Shown here: positions 1 to 9,091 of the stretch, one piece after another | Layout: every line of letters begins with the position of its first letter | Position numbering within the stretch: the first letter of the stretch is position 1 | The notes under the pieces: model-generated | What the model was told of the DNA's origin: nothing | Databases searched by the model: none | The model's input: the letters and a program-made list of their open reading frames with translations, nothing else | Position numbers and translations under genes: made by a program | Assembly: GCA_043747615.1 (NCBI GenBank) | Contig: JAYTOU010000083.1 | Coordinates: 1 to 28,144 of the forward strand | Direction: 5' to 3' | Length of the DNA: 28,144 nt | Source: Myxococcales bacterium | Lineage (GTDB): Bacteria > Myxococcota_A > Polyangia > Polyangiales > Polyangiaceae

Positions 1-132
1 GGTGACCGCGCCCTCGCCGCCCTTCGACAGAGACTGCGACTCGAGCAGCGTGGCGGTCACGATCCCGCCAAGCCCTCCGCATCCGACGACGAGCACGCGA
101 GGCGAACCGGGGGGCACGTTTGAGATCTGCAC
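1..132 (-). CDS. Partial CDS (runs off window start), NAD(P)-binding Rossmann-fold protein, possibly ketopantoate reductase-like
   Basis: Not in the ORF track. Manual minus-strand translation from GTG at 132 gives VQISNVPPGSPRVLVVGCGGLGGIVTATLLES..., a beta-strand plus GxGxxG motif. TAGGCT lies 5 nt upstream. A ThiF/MoeB-type protein cannot be excluded. Confidence 0.7.
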   Translation of the reverse strand, partial: MQISNVPPGSPRVLVVGCGGLGGIVTATLLESQSLSKGGEGAVT

Positions 133-220
133 GACCAAGCCTATACCTCACGTCACGCCGGGACAAAACGCTGCGCGGGGTATACTGGGAGACAACGTGA
201 CCGTGGATTTTTACTCATAG

Positions 221-931
221 ATGTCTGGCCATCACACCATCGAGCTCAAGGACGCGTTCACGCTTTCGTCTTCGGTGCGTACCCTTGTCTTCGAGTCGAT
301 CGACGGACCACTCCCCTACCGCGCGGGGCAGTACGCGACCCTCTTCGTGCCCACCGGCTCGGGAACGCCTAAGAAAAAGCATTATTCGATCGCGTCGGCA
401 CCGAACGCGCAGTTTCCCGCGCGCTTCGAAGTGGCCGTGACCCGCTCGGACGATCATGCCTCGACGTCCGCGATCCTGCACGACATGGCGGTCGGAACCC
501 GCCTGGAAATGGATGGCCCGAGCGGCACGTTCGTGTACGAAGACTTCGGCGGGCCAGCGATTTTCGTGACCACCGGGAGCGGCCTCGGCCCCGTTCGCGC
601 GATGCTCCAGCGCGAGCTCTCTCACCCAGAAGGCGCTCCGATCGTCCTTCTTTTCGGCTGCAAACGTGAAGGAGACGTCCTCTGGGCCGGCGAGCTCAGG
701 GCCCTCGCGAAGCACCATAGGCGCTTTCGTTTCGAGGTGAGCCTCTCGCAGCCCTCACCCGAGTGGGAGGGGCGCACGGGCTACGTGCAGAGGCACGTCA
801 TCGAGCTGGCGAAGACGCTCTCCAATCCCCGCGCCTACGTTTGCGGGCGGCCGCCCATGGTCGACGCCGTTGTTGACGTCTTGAAAGAGATCATCCCCGT
901 CGACCGCCTGCACCACGAAAAATACGGCTGA
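221..931 (+). CDS. Ferredoxin-NADP reductase (FNR)-family FAD/NAD(P)H oxidoreductase, no 2Fe-2S domain
   Basis: YRAGQY, KHYSIAS (RxYS-like), GPSG, TGSGLGP, YVCGRPPMV and C-terminal EKYG motifs. Confidence 0.9.
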   Translation: MSGHHTIELKDAFTLSSSVRTLVFESIDGPLPYRAGQYATLFVPTGSGTPKKKHYSIASAPNAQFPARFEVAVTRSDDHASTSAILHDMAVGTRLEMDGPSGTFVYEDFGGPAIFVTTGSGLGPVRAMLQRELSHPEGAPIVLLFGCKREGDVLWAGELRALAKHHRRFRFEVSLSQPSPEWEGRTGYVQRHVIELAKTLSNPRAYVCGRPPMVDAVVDVLKEIIPVDRLHHEKYG

Positions 932-964
932 GCGTCGGCTGCACGACCGCGTAGGCGCGCGCGC

Positions 965-1900
965 TCAAGGTTCGTGGAGGACGACGCAGTTTCTTCCCGC
1001 GCCCTTTGCTTCGTAGAGGGCGCCGTCGGCAGCAACAAAGAGCTGTGATGCCGTCTCGAGCTGCCCAGGGATCCGCGAGGCAACACCTACGCTGACAGTC
1101 AGCGGGATGACCTTGCCCGCGAACTCGAAGACCGATGACTGGATGACCACGCGCAGGCGTTCGCCGACGACGCTCGCGTTTGCCAGGGGAATTCCGCGGC
1201 AGATCACCAGAAATTCTTCGCCACCGTAACGACCGAACACGTCCTCGGCGCGGAGCGTGGTGGAGACCAGCTCCGCTAGCCGAGCGAGAACGTAATCGCC
1301 CGCGGGGTGTCCGTACGTATCGTTCACCTTTTTGAAGTGGTCCACGTCGATGAGCACGAGGGAGAGGTCTCCGTTGTGCCGCTGCGCATACGCCGCCTCT
1401 GCGATGAGGCGGTCGTACATGTACTTCTTGTTGAAAATTTTCGTGAGCCCATCGCGAAGCGCGGCGTCGTACATGTGCCGCTGGAATGCTTGGTCGATCT
1501 TGTCCTGGTAGGTGAACTTCAGAACCGTCGTGTGGCCGAGGCGGACTTTGTCTCCGTCGTGGAGGACGCAACGGGTGACCCGCTCGCCGTTGACGAACGT
1601 TCCATTCGCGCTCCCGAGATCCTCCAAGATCACCTCTTTTTCTAGGCAAATGACCTTCGCGTGCTTTCGCGAGATGGCGTCATCGTCGAGAGATATGGTG
1701 GTGCTCGCCGAGCGTCCGACGACCGATTCGCTTCCGGTCAACCGATGCGCCTCGCCTACGTTCTGCCCGACGAGCACGACGAGGCAAGGCACGGTGTCGC
1801 TCTGCGCAGCGTCGTGCGCTTGCAACAGTTGGTTGACGTTGAGGGTGACGTTCGTGACGTCCTCTCGCTCGTCGTCGTCATCGTCAAAAGAGCGCATCAT
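965..1900 (-). CDS. FHA domain + GGDEF diguanylate cyclase
   Basis: FHA motifs GRS, ISRKHA, DLGSANGTFVNG. GGDEF motifs DGLT, DVDHFKKVNDTYGHPAGD, RAED I-site, RYGGEEF. Strong RBS (GGAGGGG) upstream. Confidence 0.95.
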   Translation of the reverse strand: MMRSFDDDDDEREDVTNVTLNVNQLLQAHDAAQSDTVPCLVVLVGQNVGEAHRLTGSESVVGRSASTTISLDDDAISRKHAKVICLEKEVILEDLGSANGTFVNGERVTRCVLHDGDKVRLGHTTVLKFTYQDKIDQAFQRHMYDAALRDGLTKIFNKKYMYDRLIAEAAYAQRHNGDLSLVLIDVDHFKKVNDTYGHPAGDYVLARLAELVSTTLRAEDVFGRYGGEEFLVICRGIPLANASVVGERLRVVIQSSVFEFAGKVIPLTVSVGVASRIPGQLETASQLFVAADGALYEAKGAGRNCVVLHEP

Positions 1901-1972
1901 GTCCCCTCCCCCCAGCTGGCAACCAGGGTAGCGAGGCTAACCTAAATCAAGGATGTCCGGACCCCATCGCAC

Positions 1973-2971
1973 TCAGGCGGCACGTTCACCCGTACCGCCG
2001 AGGACATCCATGCAGGCCTCGAGGGTGTCGCACTGGTTGAGGATCCGGCGCATGGCCGCAGCTCCGTCGAGGCCGTGCAGGTATCCGCTCAAGTGGCGCC
2101 GGGTCACGCGCACGCCGTGCTGCTCTCCGCGACCAGCCACGTTGGCGACCAGATGGTCTCGGCACATGTCGAGGCGTTCGGCGCGCGTTGGTGGAGCGAC
2201 GTCGCCCTCGCCCGCAAGGCGCGCGGCGATCTCGCGAAACGCCCACGGATGCTCGATTGCTCGGCGCCCGACCATCACCCCCGCAACGCCCGTCTCTTTT
2301 AGCGCGCGCTCGGCGTCGTCGGCGGTCTTCACGTCGCCATTGAGAATCACCGGGATCGAAACCACTTCTTGCGCGCGCGCCGCCCACGACCAATCGGCCG
2401 CGCCGCTGTGGCCCATCGCCGCCGTCCGGCAGTGAATGGTGAGCGCCGCAATGCCCTGATCTTCGAGCCTACGCGCGAGATCGACGATCGGCATATGCGA
2501 CTCCGGCCCGTAGCCGATGCGCGTCTTCACGGTGACCGGCACCGACACGCTGTCGACGACCATCTTCACCATCTCGACCATCGCCGCTGGCTCGCGCAGC
2601 CAACCCGCACCGGCGCCGCGCGCCGCGATCTTCGGCACCCAGCAGCCACAATTGATGTCGATGTAGAAGGGCTCGGCCGCCTCGGCGAAGCGCGCTGCCT
2701 CCGCGAGCCGCTCGGGGTTCGAGCCGTAAATCTGGATGGCGCATAGCTCGTCGTCGTCGGCCAGCGCGATCTTGCGTCGCGCATTGCGGCAGCCTCGCAG
2801 GAGTCCCTCCACGTTGACGAACTCCGTCACCGTGATGAGCCCCGGCATCTGCTTGCGACACAGCCGGCGAAAAACGGCGTCCGTCACGTCCTCCATGGGG
2901 GCTAGGACGACAGGCTTTTCGCTGAAAAGCTTGGAAAAAAGCTCTCTGGATGGCTGCACGGAGGCCGACAT
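1973..2971 (-). CDS. dus: tRNA-dihydrouridine synthase (Dus family)
   Basis: VVLAPMEDVTD, TEFV, IQIYG, DINCGC, VTVKTRIG, IHCRT, NGDV, GVMVGR. Start moved to ATG 2971; the longer ORF (to 3721) is antisense to the kinase. Confidence 0.93.
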   Translation of the reverse strand: MSASVQPSRELFSKLFSEKPVVLAPMEDVTDAVFRRLCRKQMPGLITVTEFVNVEGLLRGCRNARRKIALADDDELCAIQIYGSNPERLAEAARFAEAAEPFYIDINCGCWVPKIAARGAGAGWLREPAAMVEMVKMVVDSVSVPVTVKTRIGYGPESHMPIVDLARRLEDQGIAALTIHCRTAAMGHSGAADWSWAARAQEVVSIPVILNGDVKTADDAERALKETGVAGVMVGRRAIEHPWAFREIAARLAGEGDVAPPTRAERLDMCRDHLVANVAGRGEQHGVRVTRRHLSGYLHGLDGAAAMRRILNQCDTLEACMDVLGGTGERAA

Positions 2972-3064
2972 GTAGCAAAAGATGCGGCCCCAAGCACGCT
3001 CGTCCCCGGCTTTTGCCCCGCGCCCCAGTTTTCCAGCGGGCCTGCTAACGTTTGAGAGAGCAGC

Positions 3065-4684
3065 GTGACGGGTAACCTTCCTCCTCGATTTCGACTCGGA
3101 AACTACGAGCTGCTTCTCGAGCTGGCATCGGGCGGAATGGCCACGGTGTACGTCGCGCGGCAGGTTGGCGCGGCGGGGTTCGAGCGACTCGTGGTGGTGA
3201 AGCGGGTGCACCCACATCTCCTCGCGAACCGAGAATTTTACGACATGTTTCTCGATGAGGCGCGGGTAGCCTCGCTCATCCATCATCCAAACGTCGTCCC
3301 GGTGGTCGACGTCGTCGAGTCCTCGGGCGAGCTCTTCTTGGTGATGAACTACGTCGACTCGTCGACGCTCTCGGGACTCCGCATCGCGAGCACCAAGAAG
3401 AAGCGGCGCTTGCCCCCTCGCGTCGTCACGCGGATCATCGCAGACACGCTCAGTGGCCTGCATGCCGCGCACGAAGCGGTCGACATGCGCGGCCTCCGAC
3501 TCGATCTCGTCCATCGCGACGTGAGCCCCCAAAATATCATCGTCGGCGTCGATGGAATTTCGCGGGTGATCGATTTCGGAATCGCCAAGGCGGCGCACCG
3601 GATCACCGAGACACGCACCGGCAGCCTCAAGGGAAAATACGGGTACATGTCGCCCGAGCAGGCGAAGGGCTTCGAGCTCGATGGGCGCTCGGACATCTTC
3701 GCGGTGGGTGTGGTGCTGCACGAAGCGCTCACGGGCGAGCGCTTATTCTCGAGCGAAAACGAGTTCGAGACGATGCGCCGGATCGTCGAGCTGCAGATCG
3801 TCGACCCATCGAGCCGGGCCCCCGACGTGCCCGTTGAGCTCGACGCCGTGGTGCATCGCGCTCTCGCGCGCAATCGCGAGAACCGCTACGAGACCGCCGC
3901 CGAGTTCCTCGACGCTCTCACCCAGGCCATCGTTCCGGCCTCGCCGCGCGAGGTCGCCGCCTGCCTCGACGCGCACTGCGGCGATCGTTTGCTCGCGCGA
4001 CGCGAAACCCTCCGCTCGGTGCTCGCGGGGGACATCGACCCCTTCACGCCGTCGCAAATCTCTAACTTCGGAGCACCATCACCGACGACCGAGCGACCGA
4101 CGGCCCGCTACACGTCGTTCGTTCCGCCGCCAGCGAGCTCTGAGCCGCTGATGCCTTCACTCGGCGGGAACGCGGCGCCGTTGACCCCTCAGTCGAACAA
4201 ACGGCAGACCGCGTCGATCGCGATTGTCGCCGCGGGACTCGGACTCGCCGTCCTCGCGAGCGCAACGTTTCTACTGCAGAGGGTCGCTACGAAACCTTCA
4301 GTGCCAACGATCGCTCAGGCGTCGCAGCCTCCCATCGTCACGCCCGACGCGGGAACGAGCCCGTCGCTCCAGGGCGCCGCCGAGGTGCAGCTCCTCCTCT
4401 TAGCGGACCGCAGAATTCAAAGCATTCGCGCCCCGGGAACGAAGCGAATGGAGATCGACAACAAGCGCGCGAAGGTCACGCTCGAGCCGTGGGCCGGGAC
4501 ACTGACCATCGATGCGGTCCTCGAAGGCGGACGCGCGGCTCATGCCAGAGCGGACGCCAGCGGTGCACGTGAGCTCGTGCTCGAGACTGCTCCGTTAGTG
4601 GGAATGGCGGCGCAGCAGCGAGCGCGTCAGCCTCCGTCCACCGTGCCGACCAAACCGCCGGGCGACATCAACCTGGCGCGCTGA
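3065..4684 (+). CDS. Membrane-anchored Hanks-type Ser/Thr protein kinase
   Basis: LASGGMATV, VVKR, HRDVSPQN, DFG, GKYGYMSPE. Pro/Ser linker, TM segment IAIVAAGLGLAVLASATFLL, small extracytoplasmic domain. Confidence 0.95.
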   Translation: MTGNLPPRFRLGNYELLLELASGGMATVYVARQVGAAGFERLVVVKRVHPHLLANREFYDMFLDEARVASLIHHPNVVPVVDVVESSGELFLVMNYVDSSTLSGLRIASTKKKRRLPPRVVTRIIADTLSGLHAAHEAVDMRGLRLDLVHRDVSPQNIIVGVDGISRVIDFGIAKAAHRITETRTGSLKGKYGYMSPEQAKGFELDGRSDIFAVGVVLHEALTGERLFSSENEFETMRRIVELQIVDPSSRAPDVPVELDAVVHRALARNRENRYETAAEFLDALTQAIVPASPREVAACLDAHCGDRLLARRETLRSVLAGDIDPFTPSQISNFGAPSPTTERPTARYTSFVPPPASSEPLMPSLGGNAAPLTPQSNKRQTASIAIVAAGLGLAVLASATFLLQRVATKPSVPTIAQASQPPIVTPDAGTSPSLQGAAEVQLLLLADRRIQSIRAPGTKRMEIDNKRAKVTLEPWAGTLTIDAVLEGGRAAHARADASGARELVLETAPLVGMAAQQRARQPPSTVPTKPPGDINLAR

Positions 4685-4793
4685 GCTCGGCGAGGGCGAC
4701 GACGAGCAAGTCTTCCGGGGTGTGAAGCGCGCGATTGCCTAGAAAAAAAGCACCTGCGCTTTCACGGATGACACGCCTGGTGGTGAGCATTTT

Positions 4794-5660
4794 TCACGTC
4801 GGGAGCTTCGCGCGGATCTCGCGCTCCTCGTGACCGAGCTCGGTGATGGCGTCGATCGTGTGCTCCGCCAATTTTTTGTGGAGGCGCGGACTGGACGGCT
4901 CGTCGAGCATCGTGCCGAAGTCCACCGGCTTCCCGAAGACCACGATCACCTTTCCCTTGTGCATCTCGTTCACCGCGACCTGCTCGGGGATGCTGTTGGT
5001 GAGCCCGTTGATGAACACCGGCAGAACCTGAACTCTCGCTCGTTGGATGATGCGCCCGACGCCGCTCTGCGCGGGGAGGAGCGTGTACGGGTCGCCGCCT
5101 TTCTGCCGGGTGCCCTCGGGATGAAGCCCGACGAACGCGCCGCCTTTGCGCAGGAGGCGCACCACTTCATCAATGCCCGCGAGGTTTAGGGCTTGCCTTT
5201 TCTTGTCGTGGAAAACCGGGGGATACATGGCGAAGAAGCTCATCAGGCCGTTCACCGCGAAACCGAGCGGGTGATCGTAGAAGAAACGCGAACGCACCGG
5301 AAAGAGGATGCGGTGCGGCAATCCACCGCCAACGAGCATGGACGTAATGACGTACATGTCGAAGAAACTCTTGTGGTTGCTCACGCAGATGAAGCTCTTG
5401 TCGGGATCGAGCTTCGGCAGGCGATCGAGGCCGTGGATCTGCCGGAGGTTGCGGGTGCTCCCGTTGATCCACTTCGCGCCGATGTTGCGCTGGAACCAGC
5501 GGAGCGTGCGATCGAATGACCCATGCTCGAAGCTTTTTTTGACGAAGCGAATCTGGAATCGTTCGAGCGCCGACAGCTGATCGCCGCCCATTTCGAGGAG
5601 ATCTACGCCGCCGTCTTGGTCGCGAGTTACGCGGGGACGCCGCTCCTTTTTTTGCGTCAT
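4794..5660 (-). CDS. Lysophospholipid / 1-acyl-glycerol-3-phosphate acyltransferase (PlsC family)
   Basis: NHKSFFD (HxxxxD), HPEGTR, VLPVFING, VVFGKP. Confidence 0.9.
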   Translation of the reverse strand: MTQKKERRPRVTRDQDGGVDLLEMGGDQLSALERFQIRFVKKSFEHGSFDRTLRWFQRNIGAKWINGSTRNLRQIHGLDRLPKLDPDKSFICVSNHKSFFDMYVITSMLVGGGLPHRILFPVRSRFFYDHPLGFAVNGLMSFFAMYPPVFHDKKRQALNLAGIDEVVRLLRKGGAFVGLHPEGTRQKGGDPYTLLPAQSGVGRIIQRARVQVLPVFINGLTNSIPEQVAVNEMHKGKVIVVFGKPVDFGTMLDEPSSPRLHKKLAEHTIDAITELGHEEREIRAKLPT

Positions 5661-5739
5661 GCCGGGGACCCGCGGATGAAAGTCTCAACTCACCTTGAGT
5701 GCAAGAAGCATTTCGTCAGCACAGCTCGATCTAGGCGAG

Positions 5740-6708
5740 CTACTTCTTCTTTTTTCCGTCGCTACGTTCTTCAGCGTTGGGATCGGGCGGCGGGATCAGG
5801 ACGTTCGGCGAAACGCAGCAGGCGCCTTGCTTGTTCACGGCCGCTTCGAGGATGGCGATCTTCGCGAGGATCGGCGCTCGCTCGGGACCTCTGCGGGGAA
5901 GCTTGTCGCGCAGGCGATCGAGTCCGCGCTGCCATTCGACCACGACCGGTTGGGGCACCGAACCGGATTCGCGCGACTCGCCCGCTTTGTTTACGACGTC
6001 TACTGGCTCTCGCAGAACGGCGCCGTTCGCCAACAGCCGCATCTCGACGTAAGGGCGTAGAAGGATGTTCACGAAGGCCAGCACCTTCTTGGACTTGCGC
6101 TTCTTCACCGCTTCGGCTGCGTTGTGGGTGATCCACGCGACGCGCCTCGACCAGACGGGGTTGCCCTTGAGGAAGCGATTCGACGCGTTCGTCGCGTCGA
6201 GAATTTTCAGCGACGTCTCGCGGGTGTTGGCCTGTTCAAACGTGTAAGGCGAGAGCGAATCGAGCCAGCCCGCTTCCATTTTGTACTGATCGGCTTCCGC
6301 CGGATCGGCGGCCGGCGGGGACGCGCCATAATCGGCGTCTTTGTAATAGTCGATCGGCTCGACATCGATACCGCGCGAGCCGGCGATGGTGTTCACGTAC
6401 GCCATCTCGAAAGGACCGTCCTCGAGCTTGTTGTCCTTGTAGGCCTCGGGACGAATCTGAACGAGCACGAGATCCGGCTTGTAGGCGTCGAACACGTCGC
6501 CGAGCTTCGAGAGCGGGTAGCCACCTTGCGTGAGGTGATCTTTGTCGATCGTGCCGACGACCATGGCCTGCAAGTCCGGCTCGGGCACCGTCACCCGCGA
6601 GGGCTCCGAAGGCGAGGAGGTATGTGTTTGGGTCGGCGTACAGGCCGACATGACCAACCAGGCTGTGCCGAAGGCCACGCGGCCGATGGTTCTCGTCGTC
6701 GATCTCAT
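5740..6708 (-). CDS. Lipoprotein, probable TIKI/TraB/EreA/ChaN-like fold with substituted catalytic residues
   Basis: Signal MRSTTRTIGRVAFGTAWLVMSAC ending in Cys. Core pattern VVGTIDKDH...KPDLVLVQIRP...GIDVEPIDY...RR...KKVLAFVN. Start ATG 6708 has TAAGCT 8 nt upstream. Confidence 0.7.
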   Translation of the reverse strand: MRSTTRTIGRVAFGTAWLVMSACTPTQTHTSSPSEPSRVTVPEPDLQAMVVGTIDKDHLTQGGYPLSKLGDVFDAYKPDLVLVQIRPEAYKDNKLEDGPFEMAYVNTIAGSRGIDVEPIDYYKDADYGASPPAADPAEADQYKMEAGWLDSLSPYTFEQANTRETSLKILDATNASNRFLKGNPVWSRRVAWITHNAAEAVKKRKSKKVLAFVNILLRPYVEMRLLANGAVLREPVDVVNKAGESRESGSVPQPVVVEWQRGLDRLRDKLPRRGPERAPILAKIAILEAAVNKQGACCVSPNVLIPPPDPNAEERSDGKKKK

Positions 6709-6776
6709 GGTCTCGGAGCTTACCCGATGCCCGCGCCCAATTCGCACCATTCTTCACGAAAACCGCCTTGTTTTAG

Positions 6777-7055
6777 GTGCGCAAGGTCTCCGCGGATTGG
6801 CGCGCACTCGACGGCATCCTCGCCGACCTCGGCGGAAAGGATGCATTCTCCACGCTTCTCAAAAGACACCCCGTCGCAGAAGAGCTCCTCAGCGAAGTCG
6901 TGAAAAAAGGCGGCCGCATCAAGATCGCAGAAATGGCCAAAAACAAGCTTGAGCTGGAGTCATGGGCCGCACACGCGACGACGAACGAGCAATCCCTGAA
7001 GGCGATAGTCCGAGCACCGGGTATGTTGGTGACGCCATCGCGGGTCAATCTCTAG
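6777..7055 (+). CDS. Putative small hypothetical protein (92 aa)
   Basis: Fills an otherwise empty gap, mostly G/C third positions, amphipathic helical composition. Overlaps the 5' end of the flippase ORF and has no clear RBS. Confidence 0.4.
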   Translation: MRKVSADWRALDGILADLGGKDAFSTLLKRHPVAEELLSEVVKKGGRIKIAEMAKNKLELESWAAHATTNEQSLKAIVRAPGMLVTPSRVNL

Positions 7056-8530
7056 AGTCCAAAGCAGTTCGCGGCGCAGCGTGGACGATCCTTACGAGCA
7101 TCGGCTCTCGTTCTCTCGGGCTCGTCGGGACGCTCGCCATCACCTACTTCCTCGTCCCTGAAGTGCTGGGCGATTTCTCGGACGCGTACATCGTGGTCCT
7201 CTCGGCAAATCAGCTGTCGATCATCGGCGTCGGCAACTACATCATCGCGAAGCCGGAGGGGGGTCCGGCGATCACCTGGCACGCCACGATGTTCCATCTC
7301 GTGCTCGGCGCGATCGCGTTCGCTGCGGTGTACCTCCTACGGGATCGCTTCGGTGGGGTGCTCCACGCGCCGGGCATGGGGCTGTTCATTCCGGGCCTCG
7401 TCCTCGCTGCGGTGCTCGATCGGATTAGCTTCATGCCGGAGCGAATCCTGGTCCGCGACATGAGCTTCCGCGTCGTCGGCCTCTCCCGGACCCTCGGGGA
7501 AATCGCGTACACCGTCGGCTCGGTGGGGTTCGCCTTCCTCGGATTCGGTGGAATTTCCCTGGTCTACGGCAACATCGCCCGGAGCTTCGTGAGGGTCGTG
7601 ATGATGTGCGGCGCCGTGAAGCGCACGGAGTGGCTGACGCCGTCACCGTTCTCGAAGGAGACGACACGAGACATCCTGCGCTTCGGTCTGCCCTTCTGGG
7701 TGAGCGCCACCGCGGGCTTCGCTTCGCGCCGATGGGACAACCTCATCGTCTCGAACCTCTTCGGCCCGAGCGTCCTCGGCGAATACAATCTTGCCTACAA
7801 CCTGGCGGACATTCCCGCAGTGCAGGTCGGCGAGCAAATCGGCGACGTGCTCCTTCCATCGTTCGCCAAGATGGATTTGCCACGGCAAAAGACCTCGCTC
7901 GTGCGGTCGACGGGCCTTCTCGCGCTCATCGTTTTTCCGCTCGCCGTGGGCCTCGGTGCCGTCGCGCCGACGGTCGTGCACACCCTACTCCGCAAGGAAT
8001 GGGCGAACGTCGGCCCGATGCTGACGCTTCTGTCGGCGCTGTCCGTCGCAAGGCCGGTGGGCTGGACGATTGCTTCGTACCTGGTGGCGCGCGACAAGCC
8101 GCGTCCGCTCATGTGGCTCGGGCTCCTCAAGGTTATTTTTCTCCTCGGATGCATCGGCACGATCGGCCGCTTTGGTCCGCTGTGGGCCTGCGGAGCGGTC
8201 GGCGTGGCCTTCGCCGGAGACGCCGTCGCATCCATGTGGGTCGTCTCGCGGCTAGACAAGATCCCAATGACCACGCTGGTAGGAAGCTGCGTACCGCCCC
8301 TTCTCGCCTGCGCGCCGCTGGTCGCCGCGGTCCTCGGAGCGCGTTTCCTCCTCGAGCATATCGGCGTGCATGTCCGCGGCGTCGGGCTCTCGGTAGAGCT
8401 CATCGCCGGTGCGCTCGGCTACATTGCGGGCGCGCTCATCCTCGCGCCGAAGACCTCTACCGACTTCCTCAATCTCCTAAAAAATACCCTCCGAAAACGA
8501 AAGGGAGATGTGGTAGTCGATCGGTCATGA
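6962..8530 (+). CDS. Wzx-type oligosaccharide flippase (MOP superfamily)
   Basis: SLESKAVRGAAW start motif, many hydrophobic helices, L.PE..G, FG, DNLIV..LFG...LGEYNLAY, VLLPSFAK. Start codon uncertain. Confidence 0.9.
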   Translation: MGRTRDDERAIPEGDSPSTGYVGDAIAGQSLESKAVRGAAWTILTSIGSRSLGLVGTLAITYFLVPEVLGDFSDAYIVVLSANQLSIIGVGNYIIAKPEGGPAITWHATMFHLVLGAIAFAAVYLLRDRFGGVLHAPGMGLFIPGLVLAAVLDRISFMPERILVRDMSFRVVGLSRTLGEIAYTVGSVGFAFLGFGGISLVYGNIARSFVRVVMMCGAVKRTEWLTPSPFSKETTRDILRFGLPFWVSATAGFASRRWDNLIVSNLFGPSVLGEYNLAYNLADIPAVQVGEQIGDVLLPSFAKMDLPRQKTSLVRSTGLLALIVFPLAVGLGAVAPTVVHTLLRKEWANVGPMLTLLSALSVARPVGWTIASYLVARDKPRPLMWLGLLKVIFLLGCIGTIGRFGPLWACGAVGVAFAGDAVASMWVVSRLDKIPMTTLVGSCVPPLLACAPLVAAVLGARFLLEHIGVHVRGVGLSVELIAGALGYIAGALILAPKTSTDFLNLLKNTLRKRKGDVVVDRS

Positions 8531-8910
8531 CCGCACGTCTTCTTCTCGAAAACAGCCGCCGTTCACCCCCCGTCGTCGAAGCCATGGCAAAGTTCCACGG
8601 CGAGACGATCAGCGAAATTACTGCGGCCGTCGCAAAAGACGACGTGGTGGTCGTAGGCATGGCGCAGAATCCCCACGTGAAGAACGTGCGCAAGGCGCTC
8701 GAGACCGCAGGAGTTCCCTTCACGTATCTCGAGTACGGCAGCTACTTCTCGGAGTGGCGGCGGCGTCTCGCGATCAAGATGTGGAGCGGCTGGCCGACGT
8801 TCCCGCAGGTCTATGTGAAGGGCGTGCTCATCGGCGGCGCCGACGCAACGAAGGCTGCGATCGCCGACGGAAGTCTGAAGACGCAGCTCGCCGCGCCCCG
8901 TCCGGGTTAG
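8527..8910 (+). CDS. Glutaredoxin-like protein lacking cysteines
   Basis: MTARLLLEN...VVVVGMAQNPHV...GWPTFPQVYVKGVLIGGAD with the Grx TFP and GG-D motifs. ATGA overlap with the flippase stop. Confidence 0.88.
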   Translation: MTARLLLENSRRSPPVVEAMAKFHGETISEITAAVAKDDVVVVGMAQNPHVKNVRKALETAGVPFTYLEYGSYFSEWRRRLAIKMWSGWPTFPQVYVKGVLIGGADATKAAIADGSLKTQLAAPRPG

Positions 8911-9075
8911 CAAGCCAAGGGCGCTGGCGCATCGCCCAGTACGACCTCGCCATTACCCCCCCGGCCGCTGAGGAGTCTTCCCGGCAAGCGTGGCAAATGT
9001 CACCGCTGTGGCAGAGGGGGGGCGCCCATGCCCGGGCCTCGGTCAGCAATCTGGCGTTGATCGGGACCACGGCTG

Positions 9076-9091
9076 TGGCGCGGAATTCGCT
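9076..9091 (+). promoter_or_regulatory. Putative sigma54 (-24/-12) promoter
   Basis: TGGCGCGGAATTCGCT = GG-N10-GC matching TGGCAC-N5-TTGC, directly upstream of the kinase operon. Confidence 0.6.

Noticed and set aside
2972..3721. N-terminal extension making Dus a 582-aa fusion
   Set aside because: Mostly antisense to the kinase at 3065; Dus motifs begin just after ATG 2971.
4722..4765. Imperfect inverted repeat (GTGAAGCGC / GCGCTTTCAC) between convergent genes as a terminator
   Set aside because: Large loop, bulged stem and no adjacent U-tract; too weak to call.
7606..8526. Long Arg-rich N-terminal extension of the glutaredoxin ORF
   Set aside because: Alternate frame inside the flippase; the ATGA-coupled start at 8527 explains the real protein.
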